Of a DNA stretch of 64,000 nt, positions 30,932-40,661 are shown one piece after another. The DNA is from Prochlorococcus sp. AG-355-I20 (GTDB taxonomy: Bacteria; Cyanobacteriota; Cyanobacteriia; PCC-6307; Cyanobiaceae), in assembly GCA_003280895.1 (NCBI GenBank), contig QCDM01000005.1, positions 1,296 through 65,295 on the forward strand, written 5' to 3'. A model generated the notes under the pieces. It was not told the DNA's origin. It was given only the letters and a program-made list of their open reading frames with translations, and did not search any database. The translations under genes were made by a program, and so were the position numbers. Numbering within the stretch: position 1 is the stretch's first letter; each line of letters opens with the position of its first letter.

Positions 30932-31147
30932 TTGCGATTTTTAATGGCTTCACCTACAAGTTGGGAATTCTACAAAGAAATTGAAACTAAAATTCTATGG
31001 GTCAATATTTGTACCCAAAATTTAGAAGGAGTAGCTATTTCGATCAATAAATGGTGGAAGACAAGATATCCAGCATACAAAATCAGAATAGTTTCTAAAA
31101 AAGAATTTGAGCTAGTAAAAATGCAAGCTGATAAAAAGGAGCAATAA
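30932..31147 (+). CDS. Hypothetical protein (start likely MASPTSW)
   Basis: Trp-rich ORF 'KWWKTRYP.YKIRIVS..EF'. Confidence 0.6.
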   Translation: MRFLMASPTSWEFYKEIETKILWVNICTQNLEGVAISINKWWKTRYPAYKIRIVSKKEFELVKMQADKKEQ

Positions 31148-31223
31148 ACTTATTCTTTGGTAAATATCGATGCTGAATATTTAATTTTTGCAGCTATTAT
31201 AAGATCAATAAATTAAAGAAAAA

Positions 31224-31379
31224 ATGAACTCTGCATTTGCAAAAGTCTCAAACTTGAAGGTTAACAGGGCTTCTAAAATAGCTATTACTCTGGCATCATC
31301 AACTTTCTTTTTGTATGCCTTGGGTCAAGCACCAATTTTAAAAAATATTCTTGCAGGTGCCTTCTCTTGCTCTGGCTAA
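31224..31379 (+). CDS. 51-aa microprotein
   Basis: MNSAFAKVSNLKVNRASKIAITLASSTFFLYALGQAPILKNILAGAFSCSG. Confidence 0.5.
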   Translation: MNSAFAKVSNLKVNRASKIAITLASSTFFLYALGQAPILKNILAGAFSCSG

Positions 31380-31424
31380 ATAAAATACTGTTTTTTAAAG
31401 AAGCTAAAAAGCTAAAGTAGACTG

Positions 31425-31470
31425 TGATTGACAGTCGATCTAAACTTAGAGGGATAAACCCCTCTTTTTT
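31425..31470 (+). repeat. GATTGAC-A-GTYRATC-TAAAYT element plus hairpin/T-run, copy 1
   Basis: TGATTGACAGTCGATCTAAACT, then AGAGGG/CCCTCT stem and a T-run. Confidence 0.75.
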
Positions 31471-31530
31471 AATGTTTAATAGATTTATTGCTGAAAAGAT
31501 AATGACTCTTCTTATTTCTCTTTTCAGCTG

Positions 31531-31647
31531 ATGAATATTTCCCCCCACCTATTAATTGATGCTGTGATATTAAGCGCTGCCCTCACAATAACTTTGGTTT
31601 TAAGAGCAAAAGGTAATGCTGCTAGAAAAGAAAAAGAAAATAAATGA
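31531..31647 (+). CDS. 38-aa single-TM microprotein
   Basis: MNISPHLLIDAVILSAALTITLVLRAKGNAARKEKENK; start/stop overlaps on both sides. Confidence 0.55.
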   Translation: MNISPHLLIDAVILSAALTITLVLRAKGNAARKEKENK

Positions 31648-31784
31648 TTACTAAAGAAGAAGAAAAAGAATTTAAAAAAGCTAAATTATATAGATTTTGG
31701 AACTTTCTTATTTATGGAAGTTCCATAGCTATTGGAGTTTTCTTAGTTTATTTATATTCTGCTTATGTCTTTATAAATAAATGA
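31644..31784 (+). CDS. 46-aa single-TM microprotein
   Basis: MITKEEEKEF...VFINK; ATGA overlap on both sides. Confidence 0.55.
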   Translation: MITKEEEKEFKKAKLYRFWNFLIYGSSIAIGVFLVYLYSAYVFINK

Positions 31785-31876
31785 CTTACATCTACGGCAT
31801 AGCGATTACTTATGGGGTTGTAAGTCTTTTATTGCTTGGTGGGTTTGCATACTTTACTTTTAAAATGAGACGCTAA
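31781..31876 (+). CDS. 31-aa single-TM microprotein
   Basis: MTYIYGIAITYGVVSLLLLGGFAYFTFKMRR; ATGA overlap. Confidence 0.55.
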   Translation: MTYIYGIAITYGVVSLLLLGGFAYFTFKMRR

Positions 31877-32243
31877 TTTTTATATCTTTTCCAATAAAGA
31901 TTTATTAGATAAATTTTTTGATTTTTGTAGAGAATATCGACAAGAAATTCCACATCAAAAGATGGCTGAGATTTTAAGAGAATATGCAGATAGATTAGAT
32001 GAATGATAAATACTAGCAGAACTAAGAAGGTATTAAGAGAATAAAATTTCTAGCAAGATTTATACAAATTTTTTTAAAGTTGGAATAAATTTTTTGAAGA
32101 TATTTTCCTTGCAATTATTCATAATTTGAGATTTTTTTTTGATCCTTAATCCGTACAATTTTGTTCCTCTAACCGCACACATAAAACTTGAAATTTACTA
32201 TTCAAATGAATTAGAACATAGTTGTAGTAAAGGGGTAAGTCTT

Positions 32244-32396
32244 ATGGCACTAAATGACACATTTACTATCCAAGAAATTAATTTGGATAAAAAAGACCTT
32301 TCATTTGATAATAAGCTCAAAAAAATTGAAGCTTATTGGAATAATGAATGTACAGAACATCCGAGTAACAACCATTGCAAGATTTTTTGTGATTAA
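32244..32396 (+). CDS. 50-aa microprotein with CP12-like C-terminal Cx8C
   Basis: AAGGGG SD-like site; ...ECTEHPSNNHCKIFCD. Confidence 0.65.
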   Translation: MALNDTFTIQEINLDKKDLSFDNKLKKIEAYWNNECTEHPSNNHCKIFCD

Positions 32397-32482
32397 AAAC
32401 TTTAACTTTTAGGTATTCTTACGCTTGATTTTTACATAATACCCGTACTAAAGAATAATCAGATAGAAAGGAGGACAAGCAA

Positions 32483-32584
32483 ATGACTAATTTAGGTATA
32501 GAAATTTTATTTTGGACAATTTTAATTTCTTATCTGGGATTAAGGTTTTCTCAAACTTGGAATGGATTCAAAAAACAGTATTAA
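32483..32584 (+). CDS. 33-aa TM microprotein (MTNLGIEIL)
   Basis: AAGGAGG SD; manual translation. Confidence 0.6.
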   Translation: MTNLGIEILFWTILISYLGLRFSQTWNGFKKQY

Positions 32585-32599
32585 TTAGGAGAATAGAAA

Positions 32600-32746
32600 A
32601 TGAAACTACAAACTCAGTTCACGGTTCCAAACAAAAAATTAAAAGATCTTGATTATGTTAAAAAAGTAGATTTTTTAGAAGAAATTTTAAATAAAGAATG
32701 TATAGATTATCCAAATCAAGAAGATTGCCTGGTTTGTTGCAATTAA
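32600..32746 (+). CDS. 48-aa microprotein with CP12-like Cx8C, paralog of 32244-32396
   Basis: AGGAG SD; ...ECIDYPNQEDCLVCCN. Confidence 0.65.
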   Translation: MKLQTQFTVPNKKLKDLDYVKKVDFLEEILNKECIDYPNQEDCLVCCN

Positions 32747-32825
32747 AAATCAAAAAATAGCTGTTTTTTAAAAGTAAATAAATTTTTATTAGTATTTATA
32801 AATTTTCTAAAAGGGAGTTAACACT

Positions 32826-33344
32826 ATGGAATTAAGATTCTTCCCAATAAATATTTTTAGAGAGACTCCAAAAGTCACATTCTTCGATGCAGGTATAGAT
32901 AGTTCTAATGGTTCTGATGTTGTGATCCATTCTGGAGAAGCTATATCTCCTCCAGATGATTTAAAAGATGAGCAATATTACGTTCACAATCATCAAATTG
33001 ACCACAATTTAGTTATCACTGGAGAAAGGACATTTGTTTTAATAAATCCTTCCTGGGATGAACCTCATCATGTGATTTATTTAAATAGATCTATGGGAGC
33101 ATTAGAAATTCCTGTAGGAACTTATCACAGATCTATCTCAGGGAAAGAAGGTAGTATTGTTTTAAACCAACCCAAAAGAGATAAATTTTTTGATCCTTCT
33201 AAAGAATTTACCCCTCAAAAGTTAGACAAAATTAATTTAATTAAGGCAAGAAAAAGTCCGCCTGTTTATTGGATTTACGAAAATAACAAAATCAAAAGAG
33301 TCTTTTTTAATCCTCTAGAAAGAAAAGTTAAAACTCTTGTTTGA
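32826..33344 (+). CDS. Cupin-like hypothetical protein
   Basis: 'YVHNHQIDH...G.R.F...L.IP.GTYHRS.S' His pattern. Confidence 0.65.
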   Translation: MELRFFPINIFRETPKVTFFDAGIDSSNGSDVVIHSGEAISPPDDLKDEQYYVHNHQIDHNLVITGERTFVLINPSWDEPHHVIYLNRSMGALEIPVGTYHRSISGKEGSIVLNQPKRDKFFDPSKEFTPQKLDKINLIKARKSPPVYWIYENNKIKRVFFNPLERKVKTLV

Positions 33345-34200
33345 AATGAAAAAACATATATCCCCTAGTAATAATTTAAAAAACCTGAATTTAATTATTA
33401 ATTCTGATACTTATAAATTGGCTCACGAAGATATTGGTTTACTTAACCGAAATGAAATGCGTGGAGTCAGAATGCTTCTTGAAATTACTAAACCAGATTT
33501 AATCCTTGAAGAAAATAAAATTCTTTCAACAATAATTATTTTTGGAGGCGCAAGCATTACAGAAGAATCAAATATAAAAAAGAGACTTGAAAATATAGAA
33601 GAGTTAATTAAAAAAAATCCTAAATCGATACTTTTAAAACGTAATTTAAATAGATTAGAAAATTTGCTTCTGATGAGTCATTACTATCAATCCGCAAGGG
33701 AGTTTTCTAAACTTGCTTCAATTAGTAATCAAAATAAAAACTGTAATTCTCATGTGATTGTTACAGGTGGGGGGCCAGGAATTATGGAAGCTGCTAATAG
33801 AGGTGCATTTGAAGCAAATTGTAAATCTATAGGGTTAAATATCAGTCTGCCTAATGAACAAATCCCAAATGCTTTTATAACTCCAGGTCTTTGCTTTAAG
33901 TTTAATTATTTTGCATTAAGAAAGATCCATTTTGTCATGCGATCAGTAGCTGCTGTATTTTTTCCTGGAGGTTTTGGAACACTAGATGAATTATTTGAAC
34001 TATTGACACTTTGCCAAACAGGAATGAAAACTAAAATCCCAATCATACTTTTTGGTAGAGATTATTGGAATAATATTATTAACTTCGAATATCTAGCTGA
34101 TCTTGGATTAATTTCAGATGAAAACTTAAATCTTTTCCAATATGCAGACACCGCACCAGAAGCATGGGAAATTATCAAATCATCAAAAATCTCAGCTTAA
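33337..34200 (+). CDS. LOG family (TIGR00730) nucleotide phosphoribohydrolase-like protein
   Basis: TGGGPGIMEAANRGA and PGGFGTLDE. Confidence 0.9.
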   Translation: MFEMKKHISPSNNLKNLNLIINSDTYKLAHEDIGLLNRNEMRGVRMLLEITKPDLILEENKILSTIIIFGGASITEESNIKKRLENIEELIKKNPKSILLKRNLNRLENLLLMSHYYQSAREFSKLASISNQNKNCNSHVIVTGGGPGIMEAANRGAFEANCKSIGLNISLPNEQIPNAFITPGLCFKFNYFALRKIHFVMRSVAAVFFPGGFGTLDELFELLTLCQTGMKTKIPIILFGRDYWNNIINFEYLADLGLISDENLNLFQYADTAPEAWEIIKSSKISA

Positions 34201-34228
34201 AGGTAAGCTAATTATTTTTAAATAACTT

Positions 34229-34552
34229 TTAATTACGTAATTTATAATTTGTTTTAACAGTTTTTATTATTGAATCTTGTGGTTCTTCACTTGGGAAACA
34301 ATTAATAATCCTATATTTGCCTCCTTTTTTATCAGTCTCAACAACTGTAAATTCAACGTATTTACCAATTCCATCTCTTAAATCCTTAACTTCAGTATTA
34401 ATTATCTCTTCTTTATCATTTTCGATGATACGAGATTTACCTCCGCAACTTAACAAAGCGTTCCCCTCAGTGAGAAAAAAATCTTTGTCATTACTGCAAG
34501 AAGATAAGAAAGATAAAGAGACTATTATTAGTATAAAATTCTTCATAATCAA
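34229..34552 (-). CDS. Putative lipoprotein
   Basis: Lipobox-like 'FLSSC'. Confidence 0.55.
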   Translation of the reverse strand: MIMKNFILIIVSLSFLSSCSNDKDFFLTEGNALLSCGGKSRIIENDKEEIINTEVKDLRDGIGKYVEFTVVETDKKGGKYRIINCFPSEEPQDSIIKTVKTNYKLRN

Positions 34553-34661
34553 CTTTTTTGTACTTAATTACATTATCAATAAAGTTTATTAAATATGTAG
34601 TCAAATCCCTACCAAATTAAAAATTTAATTAATAATATTTGTGAACTAAATAGAAATTATT

Positions 34662-35684
34662 TTAGAAAGAAATGCCCGATGCATTTAGAAAATCTTTATA
34701 AATATTTTGCCAGTGTATAATCCTTTGTTCAAGTATATTAGGCGGACCAAGTTTAAAATTTTCGAGATAAGACTTATGAACTGATTCGACAATAACTTTA
34801 TCTTCTCCAAGAAATTCTAATATACTTTTTTTCCAATTTTCTAAATCATTTTTACATAAAGAAGCAGAGGCTAATTTAATTTCAATAATACACTGACCAA
34901 TATTTTTAGGAAGATAATTTATTAAAACAATCCCTTTACCAGGCCAGATTATTAGATGGGTCCATGGGAGTAATCCAAAGGTATATAGATTTCCTTCACT
35001 ACTAAGTGGGGTAACAAGTACATTACAAAATTCACTGAAGAAATACCTGTAGTTTTTAATTGGACCTTGTTCTTTATGTAGGGTATCTTTATGAGCTATT
35101 GCTACATGATAATCGTCAAGTGTATTGTCATGGGCAATTTTCCAATTGCAATTTAAGGTATCAGAAAATCCAGAAAAAATGCTGTAATTCATATCCCATT
35201 GATCATTACATTTTTTCCCAACAAGCTCAATTTGATCATCTATAGATATTGGTTTCTTGCTGAAATTAATCCAAATTAAAGGTCCATTTATTAAAGAGTT
35301 AACTTTTTCTAAAAAATAATCCTCTGTTTCTATTTTTGTTTCAAAATTGTTTTTTAATGGCAAGGTTTTAAGTTTGCCAAAACTATCAAAAGTCCAGCCA
35401 TGGTAAGGACAAAAAATATTTTTAGAAGGATTTAATTTTGTTTTTGGCAAACACAATTTTGACCCACGATGAGGGCATCTATTTTTGAAAACAGTTATTA
35501 AGTTTTTTTCTGAACAAGAGATTAATAATGATTGATTAAAGAATTTTTTTTCCAATATTTCTCCAGGTTTAATTTCTCCTATGAAAATCAATGGGTGCCA
35601 ATAATTTTTTGAATAGTTTTCTAATTCAAGTTCAAAAATTTTTTGTTCGCTATAAAGCCAAGTAGGCAAAAAACTAGTTGACAT
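34662..35684 (-). CDS. Rieske non-heme-iron oxygenase alpha subunit (choline monooxygenase/GbcA/CntA-like fold)
   Basis: CPHRG...CPYHGW Rieske motif; 'NWK...DN.LDDYH....H' iron site; 'ED...VES'. Confidence 0.88.
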   Translation of the reverse strand: MSTSFLPTWLYSEQKIFELELENYSKNYWHPLIFIGEIKPGEILEKKFFNQSLLISCSEKNLITVFKNRCPHRGSKLCLPKTKLNPSKNIFCPYHGWTFDSFGKLKTLPLKNNFETKIETEDYFLEKVNSLINGPLIWINFSKKPISIDDQIELVGKKCNDQWDMNYSIFSGFSDTLNCNWKIAHDNTLDDYHVAIAHKDTLHKEQGPIKNYRYFFSEFCNVLVTPLSSEGNLYTFGLLPWTHLIIWPGKGIVLINYLPKNIGQCIIEIKLASASLCKNDLENWKKSILEFLGEDKVIVESVHKSYLENFKLGPPNILEQRIIHWQNIYKDFLNASGISF

Positions 35685-35687
35685 TAT

Positions 35688-36449
35688 TTAAATGTTTTGG
35701 AGGCTTCTTAAAAAATCAGATAACTCATATCTTAATTTTGCAAAATCCGAATCAAGTTTCAATTTATCTAAATCTCCTTTTTGTAGATCTACCTTAACTT
35801 CTTTTATGATTCTTCCAGGATTAGGTGCCAAAATACATATTTGCTGAGAGAGAGCTAATGCTTCTTCAATATCATGGGTTATAAGTAAAACTGTCAATGA
35901 AGTTTTTTTCCATAATTCATAGAGAAATTTCTGCATAGATTCTCTTATCTGTAAATCTAAGGCTCCAAAAGGTTCATCTAAAAGTAGAATTTTAGGGTTA
36001 GTTGCTAAAGCTCTTGCTATTGCAACCCTTTGTTGCATTCCTCCAGATAATTCTTTTGGATACTTATTTCCCGAATCCTGAAGACCTACTACTTCTAATA
36101 AATAAGATGTCCTATATTTTATTTCTTTCAACTTATAAGAATTTAAATTCATTCCAAAGGCAATATTCTCAGATGCTGTGAGCCAAGGGAAAAGACTATA
36201 TTTCTGAAAAACCATTCCTCTATCCAATCCTGGTCCACTAACTATTTTTCCATCTACTTTTACGTTCCCTTTAGATGGACTCTCAAGCCCAGCAATAATC
36301 CTCAATATAGTACTTTTACCTGATCCAGAGCTCCCAACAAGAGTTTTAAATTCGCCAGAACTTATTGAAAAGCTTATTCCCTCAATTGCCTTTTTTCTAT
36401 TTGAACCTTCCCCAAAATATTTTGAAATATTATTAACATCTAATTTCAT
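35688..36449 (-). CDS. NitT/TauT-family ABC ATPase (probable guanidine importer)
   Basis: GSSGSGKS, LSGGMQQR, LLLDEPF; operon context. Confidence 0.9.
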   Translation of the reverse strand: MKLDVNNISKYFGEGSNRKKAIEGISFSISSGEFKTLVGSSGSGKSTILRIIAGLESPSKGNVKVDGKIVSGPGLDRGMVFQKYSLFPWLTASENIAFGMNLNSYKLKEIKYRTSYLLEVVGLQDSGNKYPKELSGGMQQRVAIARALATNPKILLLDEPFGALDLQIRESMQKFLYELWKKTSLTVLLITHDIEEALALSQQICILAPNPGRIIKEVKVDLQKGDLDKLKLDSDFAKLRYELSDFLRSLQNI

Positions 36450-37268
36450 TTAAACAGCCCATTTACATGTACGTCTAAGTAGCAATCTAAAACTCATATC
36501 CAAAGCAAATCCTATTAATCCAAGAACTATTAATTCTGCAAATATTTGATCTGTGCGAAAAAATCTTTGAGCCAGTTGAATCCTTTTACCTAAACCAACT
36601 TCTGCTGCAATTAACTCGGCAACGATTACTAAATTCCATGAAGTTGCAATATTAATTCTTAAAGTATCTATAATACTTGGCAATGAATATCTGGCTATAA
36701 CTCTGATCAATAAATCTTTTGTATTACCTCCTAAAGTAAGCGTTGTTTCAATGAGTTCTTTGGGTACAAATTTTACTGAATCCATAACCATCAAAACATT
36801 AAAGTAAACGGTACCAATGAAAATTAATGCGATTTTTGGAGCCTCTTCAATTCCTAAATAAATAATAAGTAAAGGAGAAAAAGCAGCAGCAGGCATATAC
36901 CTAAGCATCGCAATTAATGGTTCACATAACGCACAAAAAGAAGGGAAAGAACCCATTAAAATTCCTAAAGGAATTGAAAAAATTGTTGCAATTATAAAAC
37001 CAGCAAATACCCTACCAGTACTTGCAAAAATATCTTCAAATAATATTCCACTTTCAGCCATATCCAAAAGAGAATAAAAGACCGCTAACGGTGATGGTAA
37101 AAACATTTCACTTACAAGTTTTAATTGACAAACTAATGTCCAAATTAAAAGGGGAAGCAAAAGTGAGGCTATTTGAAGAAATATTTTATTTAATTTTTTC
37201 GGTTCACTACCAAATGAAAAGAGGGATAAAAAATATTTATCCCTCTTGATTAATTTCGAACTAACCAT
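36450..37268 (-). CDS. NitT/TauT-family ABC permease
   Basis: 'FLPSP', 'LRYMP', EAA-like loop, 'IVAELIAA..GLG'. Confidence 0.9.
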   Translation of the reverse strand: MVSSKLIKRDKYFLSLFSFGSEPKKLNKIFLQIASLLLPLLIWTLVCQLKLVSEMFLPSPLAVFYSLLDMAESGILFEDIFASTGRVFAGFIIATIFSIPLGILMGSFPSFCALCEPLIAMLRYMPAAAFSPLLIIYLGIEEAPKIALIFIGTVYFNVLMVMDSVKFVPKELIETTLTLGGNTKDLLIRVIARYSLPSIIDTLRINIATSWNLVIVAELIAAEVGLGKRIQLAQRFFRTDQIFAELIVLGLIGFALDMSFRLLLRRTCKWAV

Positions 37269-37284
37269 TTTAATTTTGTATTAA

Positions 37285-38283
37285 TTAGCTGATGTTTTTA
37301 ACGAACGAAGAGTCAAATAATTTACTCATATCTGGTTTTTCAGGAATAAATCCTACCTTTACCATAAAGTCTGCCATTTGTTTCGCTGCATAAGGCATAT
37401 ATTTCATACCGAACCCATCACTAAAAGCTTCTAAATTTTCTTCCAAAGAAAAGAACCTAGTTCCACCTTTATATTGTTTGTATTCGCGTGTTGGGATCCC
37501 AGCTCGCTTTGCCATGATCTTTTCAGATTTTCTTGGATTTTTTTCCATGAATTCTCTTACATCCCACCATGTTTTAACAATTTTTTGAACATCATCTGGT
37601 CTTTCAGAAATCAAATCTCCGCTTACAGCTAATAGATCAGGGATTGCACCAGGATATTCTTTTGAACTAGCAATAACTCTTGCTCCAGGCCTCTTCATTG
37701 CGGTTCCTGTAAATGGAGGGAATGCACCAACTGCATCAACTTTTCCTGCTGCGAATGCAGTTGCAGCCTGATCAGTCGGAAGACCTTTAATAATGACATC
37801 ATCCCTAGTTAATCCAACATCATTAAGAGCTAAAACAAGTAAAAAATCATCTACAACACCTTCTTCTACTGCTACTGTTTTACCTTTTAAATCAGCAACA
37901 CTTTTAATTGATTTATCTGCAATTATTTGGTCATTCCCTGCAGAATTATCATTAACTAAAACAACTACTTCCCCTCCATTCTCTCCTGGCAAGAACGAAA
38001 TAGTATCATTAAGAGTCTGTGAATTTCCATCAATTTTACCAGCAGCAAAAGTTTCCATGGATTGGACATATCCATCAAACCATTTCATCTGAACATTAAC
38101 TCCATTTTTTTCAAACATTTTTTGATCAACAGCTATCGCCCAGGGCCACCATCCTGCCCAGTTACTGTATCCCAAAGTGATTGGATCACCTTTTGGAGCT
38201 GCAGGACTTGATAGTGTACTTAATGAAATCGCTAATATTAGAGCCAGCAAAGAGGCAAAGAAAACTCTCAATTTTTTAAACAT
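37285..38283 (-). CDS. ABC substrate-binding protein (Sll1080-like, probable guanidine binding)
   Basis: Signal peptide; 'GYSNWAGWWPW', 'DNSAGND', 'PGAIPD'. Confidence 0.85.
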   Translation of the reverse strand: MFKKLRVFFASLLALILAISLSTLSSPAAPKGDPITLGYSNWAGWWPWAIAVDQKMFEKNGVNVQMKWFDGYVQSMETFAAGKIDGNSQTLNDTISFLPGENGGEVVVLVNDNSAGNDQIIADKSIKSVADLKGKTVAVEEGVVDDFLLVLALNDVGLTRDDVIIKGLPTDQAATAFAAGKVDAVGAFPPFTGTAMKRPGARVIASSKEYPGAIPDLLAVSGDLISERPDDVQKIVKTWWDVREFMEKNPRKSEKIMAKRAGIPTREYKQYKGGTRFFSLEENLEAFSDGFGMKYMPYAAKQMADFMVKVGFIPEKPDMSKLFDSSFVKNIS

Positions 38284-38339
38284 TTTTGAAAAAAAATATT
38301 ACGTACTATCAATACTCAAGAAAAAGCGAATCTAAAGTT

Positions 38340-38353
38340 GTAATGACTGATAC
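38340..38353. promoter_or_regulatory. NtcA box upstream of the ABC/Rieske genes
   Basis: GTA-ATGACTGA-TAC, 57 bp before the SBP start codon. Confidence 0.75.
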
Positions 38354-38383
38354 TTTTAAGAGATTACTCTTACTTAATCAATA

Positions 38384-39067
38384 TTAATTATTTTTAAATT
38401 TCAGAATCTTTTTACTAATCCAATCTTGCCATAAATGGAATCCAGACTTGGTTATCGAAGAAATTTCTATCACATCTGCCTTAGGGTTAGTTGAAGCTAT
38501 GTTCAATTTTAATTCGTTAATATCAAAATTCAAATGGGGTAACAAATCAACTTTAGTTATCAAAATTAAATCTGCTTCTCTAAACATTATTGGATACTTT
38601 AAAGGTTTATCCTCACCTTCGGTAATACTTAAAAGAGCAACTTTAAAATGTTCTCCAATCTCAAATTCTGCAGGACAAACTAAATTTCCTACATTTTCCA
38701 CTAACAAAATATCTAGTAAATTAGGATTTATTTTTTTTTCTAATAATTTCAAACCTCCACTAACCATATTCGCATCGAGATGACATGCTCTTCCAGTTGT
38801 AATTGGTACTACTGGAATATTTAATTTTTCTAATCTTGCCGCATCAAGATTAGTGGTCATATCACCCTCTAAAACAGCACTGTAAAATTTTTTTGAAAGA
38901 TCTTCTAAAGTTATTTCAAGTAATCTCGTTTTTCCTGCACCAGGACTACTCATTATGTTCAAGCAAAGCAAATTATAATTATTAAACTTGATTTTATTTT
39001 TCTCAGCTTGATGACTATTTTGATGAAGAATATTTAATTCAATTTTGTCTGAAATTGGTAAATGCAT
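38384..39067 (-). CDS. hypB: Ni-insertion GTPase HypB (GhaB-type)
   Basis: SSPGAGKT, CHLDA, ENVGNLVCP, TEGEDKPLKYP, TKVD. Confidence 0.93.
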   Translation of the reverse strand: MHLPISDKIELNILHQNSHQAEKNKIKFNNYNLLCLNIMSSPGAGKTRLLEITLEDLSKKFYSAVLEGDMTTNLDAARLEKLNIPVVPITTGRACHLDANMVSGGLKLLEKKINPNLLDILLVENVGNLVCPAEFEIGEHFKVALLSITEGEDKPLKYPIMFREADLILITKVDLLPHLNFDINELKLNIASTNPKADVIEISSITKSGFHLWQDWISKKILKFKNN

Positions 39068-39107
39068 TTATATTTGAAAATACGTCTTTATTCTAGATAT
39101 TAAATTT

Positions 39108-39464
39108 CTACTTTTCTTTAAAATCAATAGATGCGATTTTTAATTCCCTCCCACTAATAATTTCCTCTAAATTAAAATTGCAACATGGAGATTTATATCC
39201 ATTCTCTTTCTTTGGAAAATATAATCTATTGCATTTAGAGCATTTCCCTTCAAAAGGTATTGTCTCAATTGTAATCTCAGAGGAATCTAACCATGAACCC
39301 AATACTGCAGCATTAAAAGTATTAATTAATGATATTGGTTCTACGCAAGTAAATTCCCCAATCTTAAGATTAATCTTTTCAACAACTATTTTTTTTTTAT
39401 TTTTTTTCTCTGCCCACTCTTCCATGGAAAGAATAAGGCATTTTGTCATATCTACTTCATGCAC
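39108..39464 (-). CDS. hypA: Ni metallochaperone HypA (GhaA-type)
   Basis: MHE N-terminus, CxxC...SPCC, GREL. Confidence 0.92.
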   Translation of the reverse strand: MHEVDMTKCLILSMEEWAEKKNKKKIVVEKINLKIGEFTCVEPISLINTFNAAVLGSWLDSSEITIETIPFEGKCSKCNRLYFPKKENGYKSPCCNFNLEEIISGRELKIASIDFKEK

Positions 39465-39470
39465 GAAAAT

Positions 39471-40661
39471 CTATCTCCATTTTTGATCAACTGACATATT
39501 GCATTTATCTGAAATCCATTCTGGTTTAGATTTTCTTGGAAGCTGACCACTTACTACGAGATGTGCAATTGAATCACAAATAACTCTAGTAGCTAATAAT
39601 GCTGTCATATCGCTTACATCATATGGAGGCGAAACCTCAACAAGCTCAATTCCACATACATTAACTTTTCTGATAATGTACTCCAAAAGTTTTAATGCCT
39701 CTCGAGGTAATAAACCCCCAGGTTCAGGCCAACCAGTTCCAGGGACAAATCCAGCATCAATACAATCAATATCAAAAGAAATATATACACAGTCAGTTCC
39801 ATCCGTAGCTTTTTCAATCGCAAAATCAGCGGCCTCTTTTAATCCCATTTCACAAATATCAGTAACTGTTAAAACATTTGTACTTCTTTCCCTGCAAATT
39901 TTCACTCCTTCTCTTGGTACTTGCCAACCTCCAATTCCTAATTGAACAAGATTTTTTGCAGGTGCATTTTTCATATTAGTTGCATGAAACCATGGACAGG
40001 TATGCATTCTTTCATCTAAATCTGTTTCTTGAGTATCTACATGTCTATCAAAATGAATGATCCCTACTTTTTTATCTCCTAAGTGGCGACAAACTCCTCT
40101 AACTGTAGGAAAACCTATTGAATGATCTCCACCTAAAATAATTGGAAATGCACCACTAGCAAAAATATGAGCAACCCCCTTTGAAATTTGATCAAAACTT
40201 TTTTCATTATTAGCTGGAATTGTAAAAATATCTCCTACATCACAAATAGATATCTGCTCTCTCAGATCCACTCCCATTTCGTAATTGTAAGGAGTATAAA
40301 GAGCAGAAATTTTTCTTATTCCTTGAGGTCCAAATCTTGTCCCTGGTCTATAAGTAGTTCCAGAATCATGAGGAACACCAACTATCGCAACATCATAATT
40401 TCCCACTTCATTTACATTTTCAACATATGGAGCTTTCATGAAAGTATTGATACCTGCAAAATGGGGTAATTCTCCTCTTGAAAATGTAGATATATTTCTA
40501 TCGACAATACTTTTTGCTCCTTCTAAACCATATTCCTTTGCTCGGGCAACCTCAGTTTCCCATCCTTTCAAAGGTAATTTTGATTCTTTTTCTAAAGCAT
40601 CCATTCCTTCACTGGGATGTTTCCTTATAAAGTCTTGATTTTTAGATGATTCAGTAGTCAC
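39471..40661 (-). CDS. gdmH: Ni-dependent guanidine hydrolase (ureohydrolase family, Sll1077-like)
   Basis: GGDHS, HFDRHVD, SFDIDCID and GTGWPEPGG; N-terminal 'FSRGELPHFAGINTF'; adjacent hypA/hypB and ABC genes. Confidence 0.9.
   Translation of the reverse strand: MTTESSKNQDFIRKHPSEGMDALEKESKLPLKGWETEVARAKEYGLEGAKSIVDRNISTFSRGELPHFAGINTFMKAPYVENVNEVGNYDVAIVGVPHDSGTTYRPGTRFGPQGIRKISALYTPYNYEMGVDLREQISICDVGDIFTIPANNEKSFDQISKGVAHIFASGAFPIILGGDHSIGFPTVRGVCRHLGDKKVGIIHFDRHVDTQETDLDERMHTCPWFHATNMKNAPAKNLVQLGIGGWQVPREGVKICRERSTNVLTVTDICEMGLKEAADFAIEKATDGTDCVYISFDIDCIDAGFVPGTGWPEPGGLLPREALKLLEYIIRKVNVCGIELVEVSPPYDVSDMTALLATRVICDSIAHLVVSGQLPRKSKPEWISDKCNMSVDQKWR

Noticed and set aside
31285-31548. 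87-aa minus-strand ORF
   Set aside because: Antisense to coupled plus-strand micro-ORFs and the repeat element; no recognisable features.
38384-39464. hypA/hypB as evidence of a hydrogenase
   Set aside because: No hydrogenase genes in the window; context indicates Ni loading of GdmH.
39471-40661. Annotation as agmatinase (speB)
   Set aside because: The N-terminal extension, the GWPEPGG Trp and hypAB/ABC linkage fit guanidine hydrolase better.
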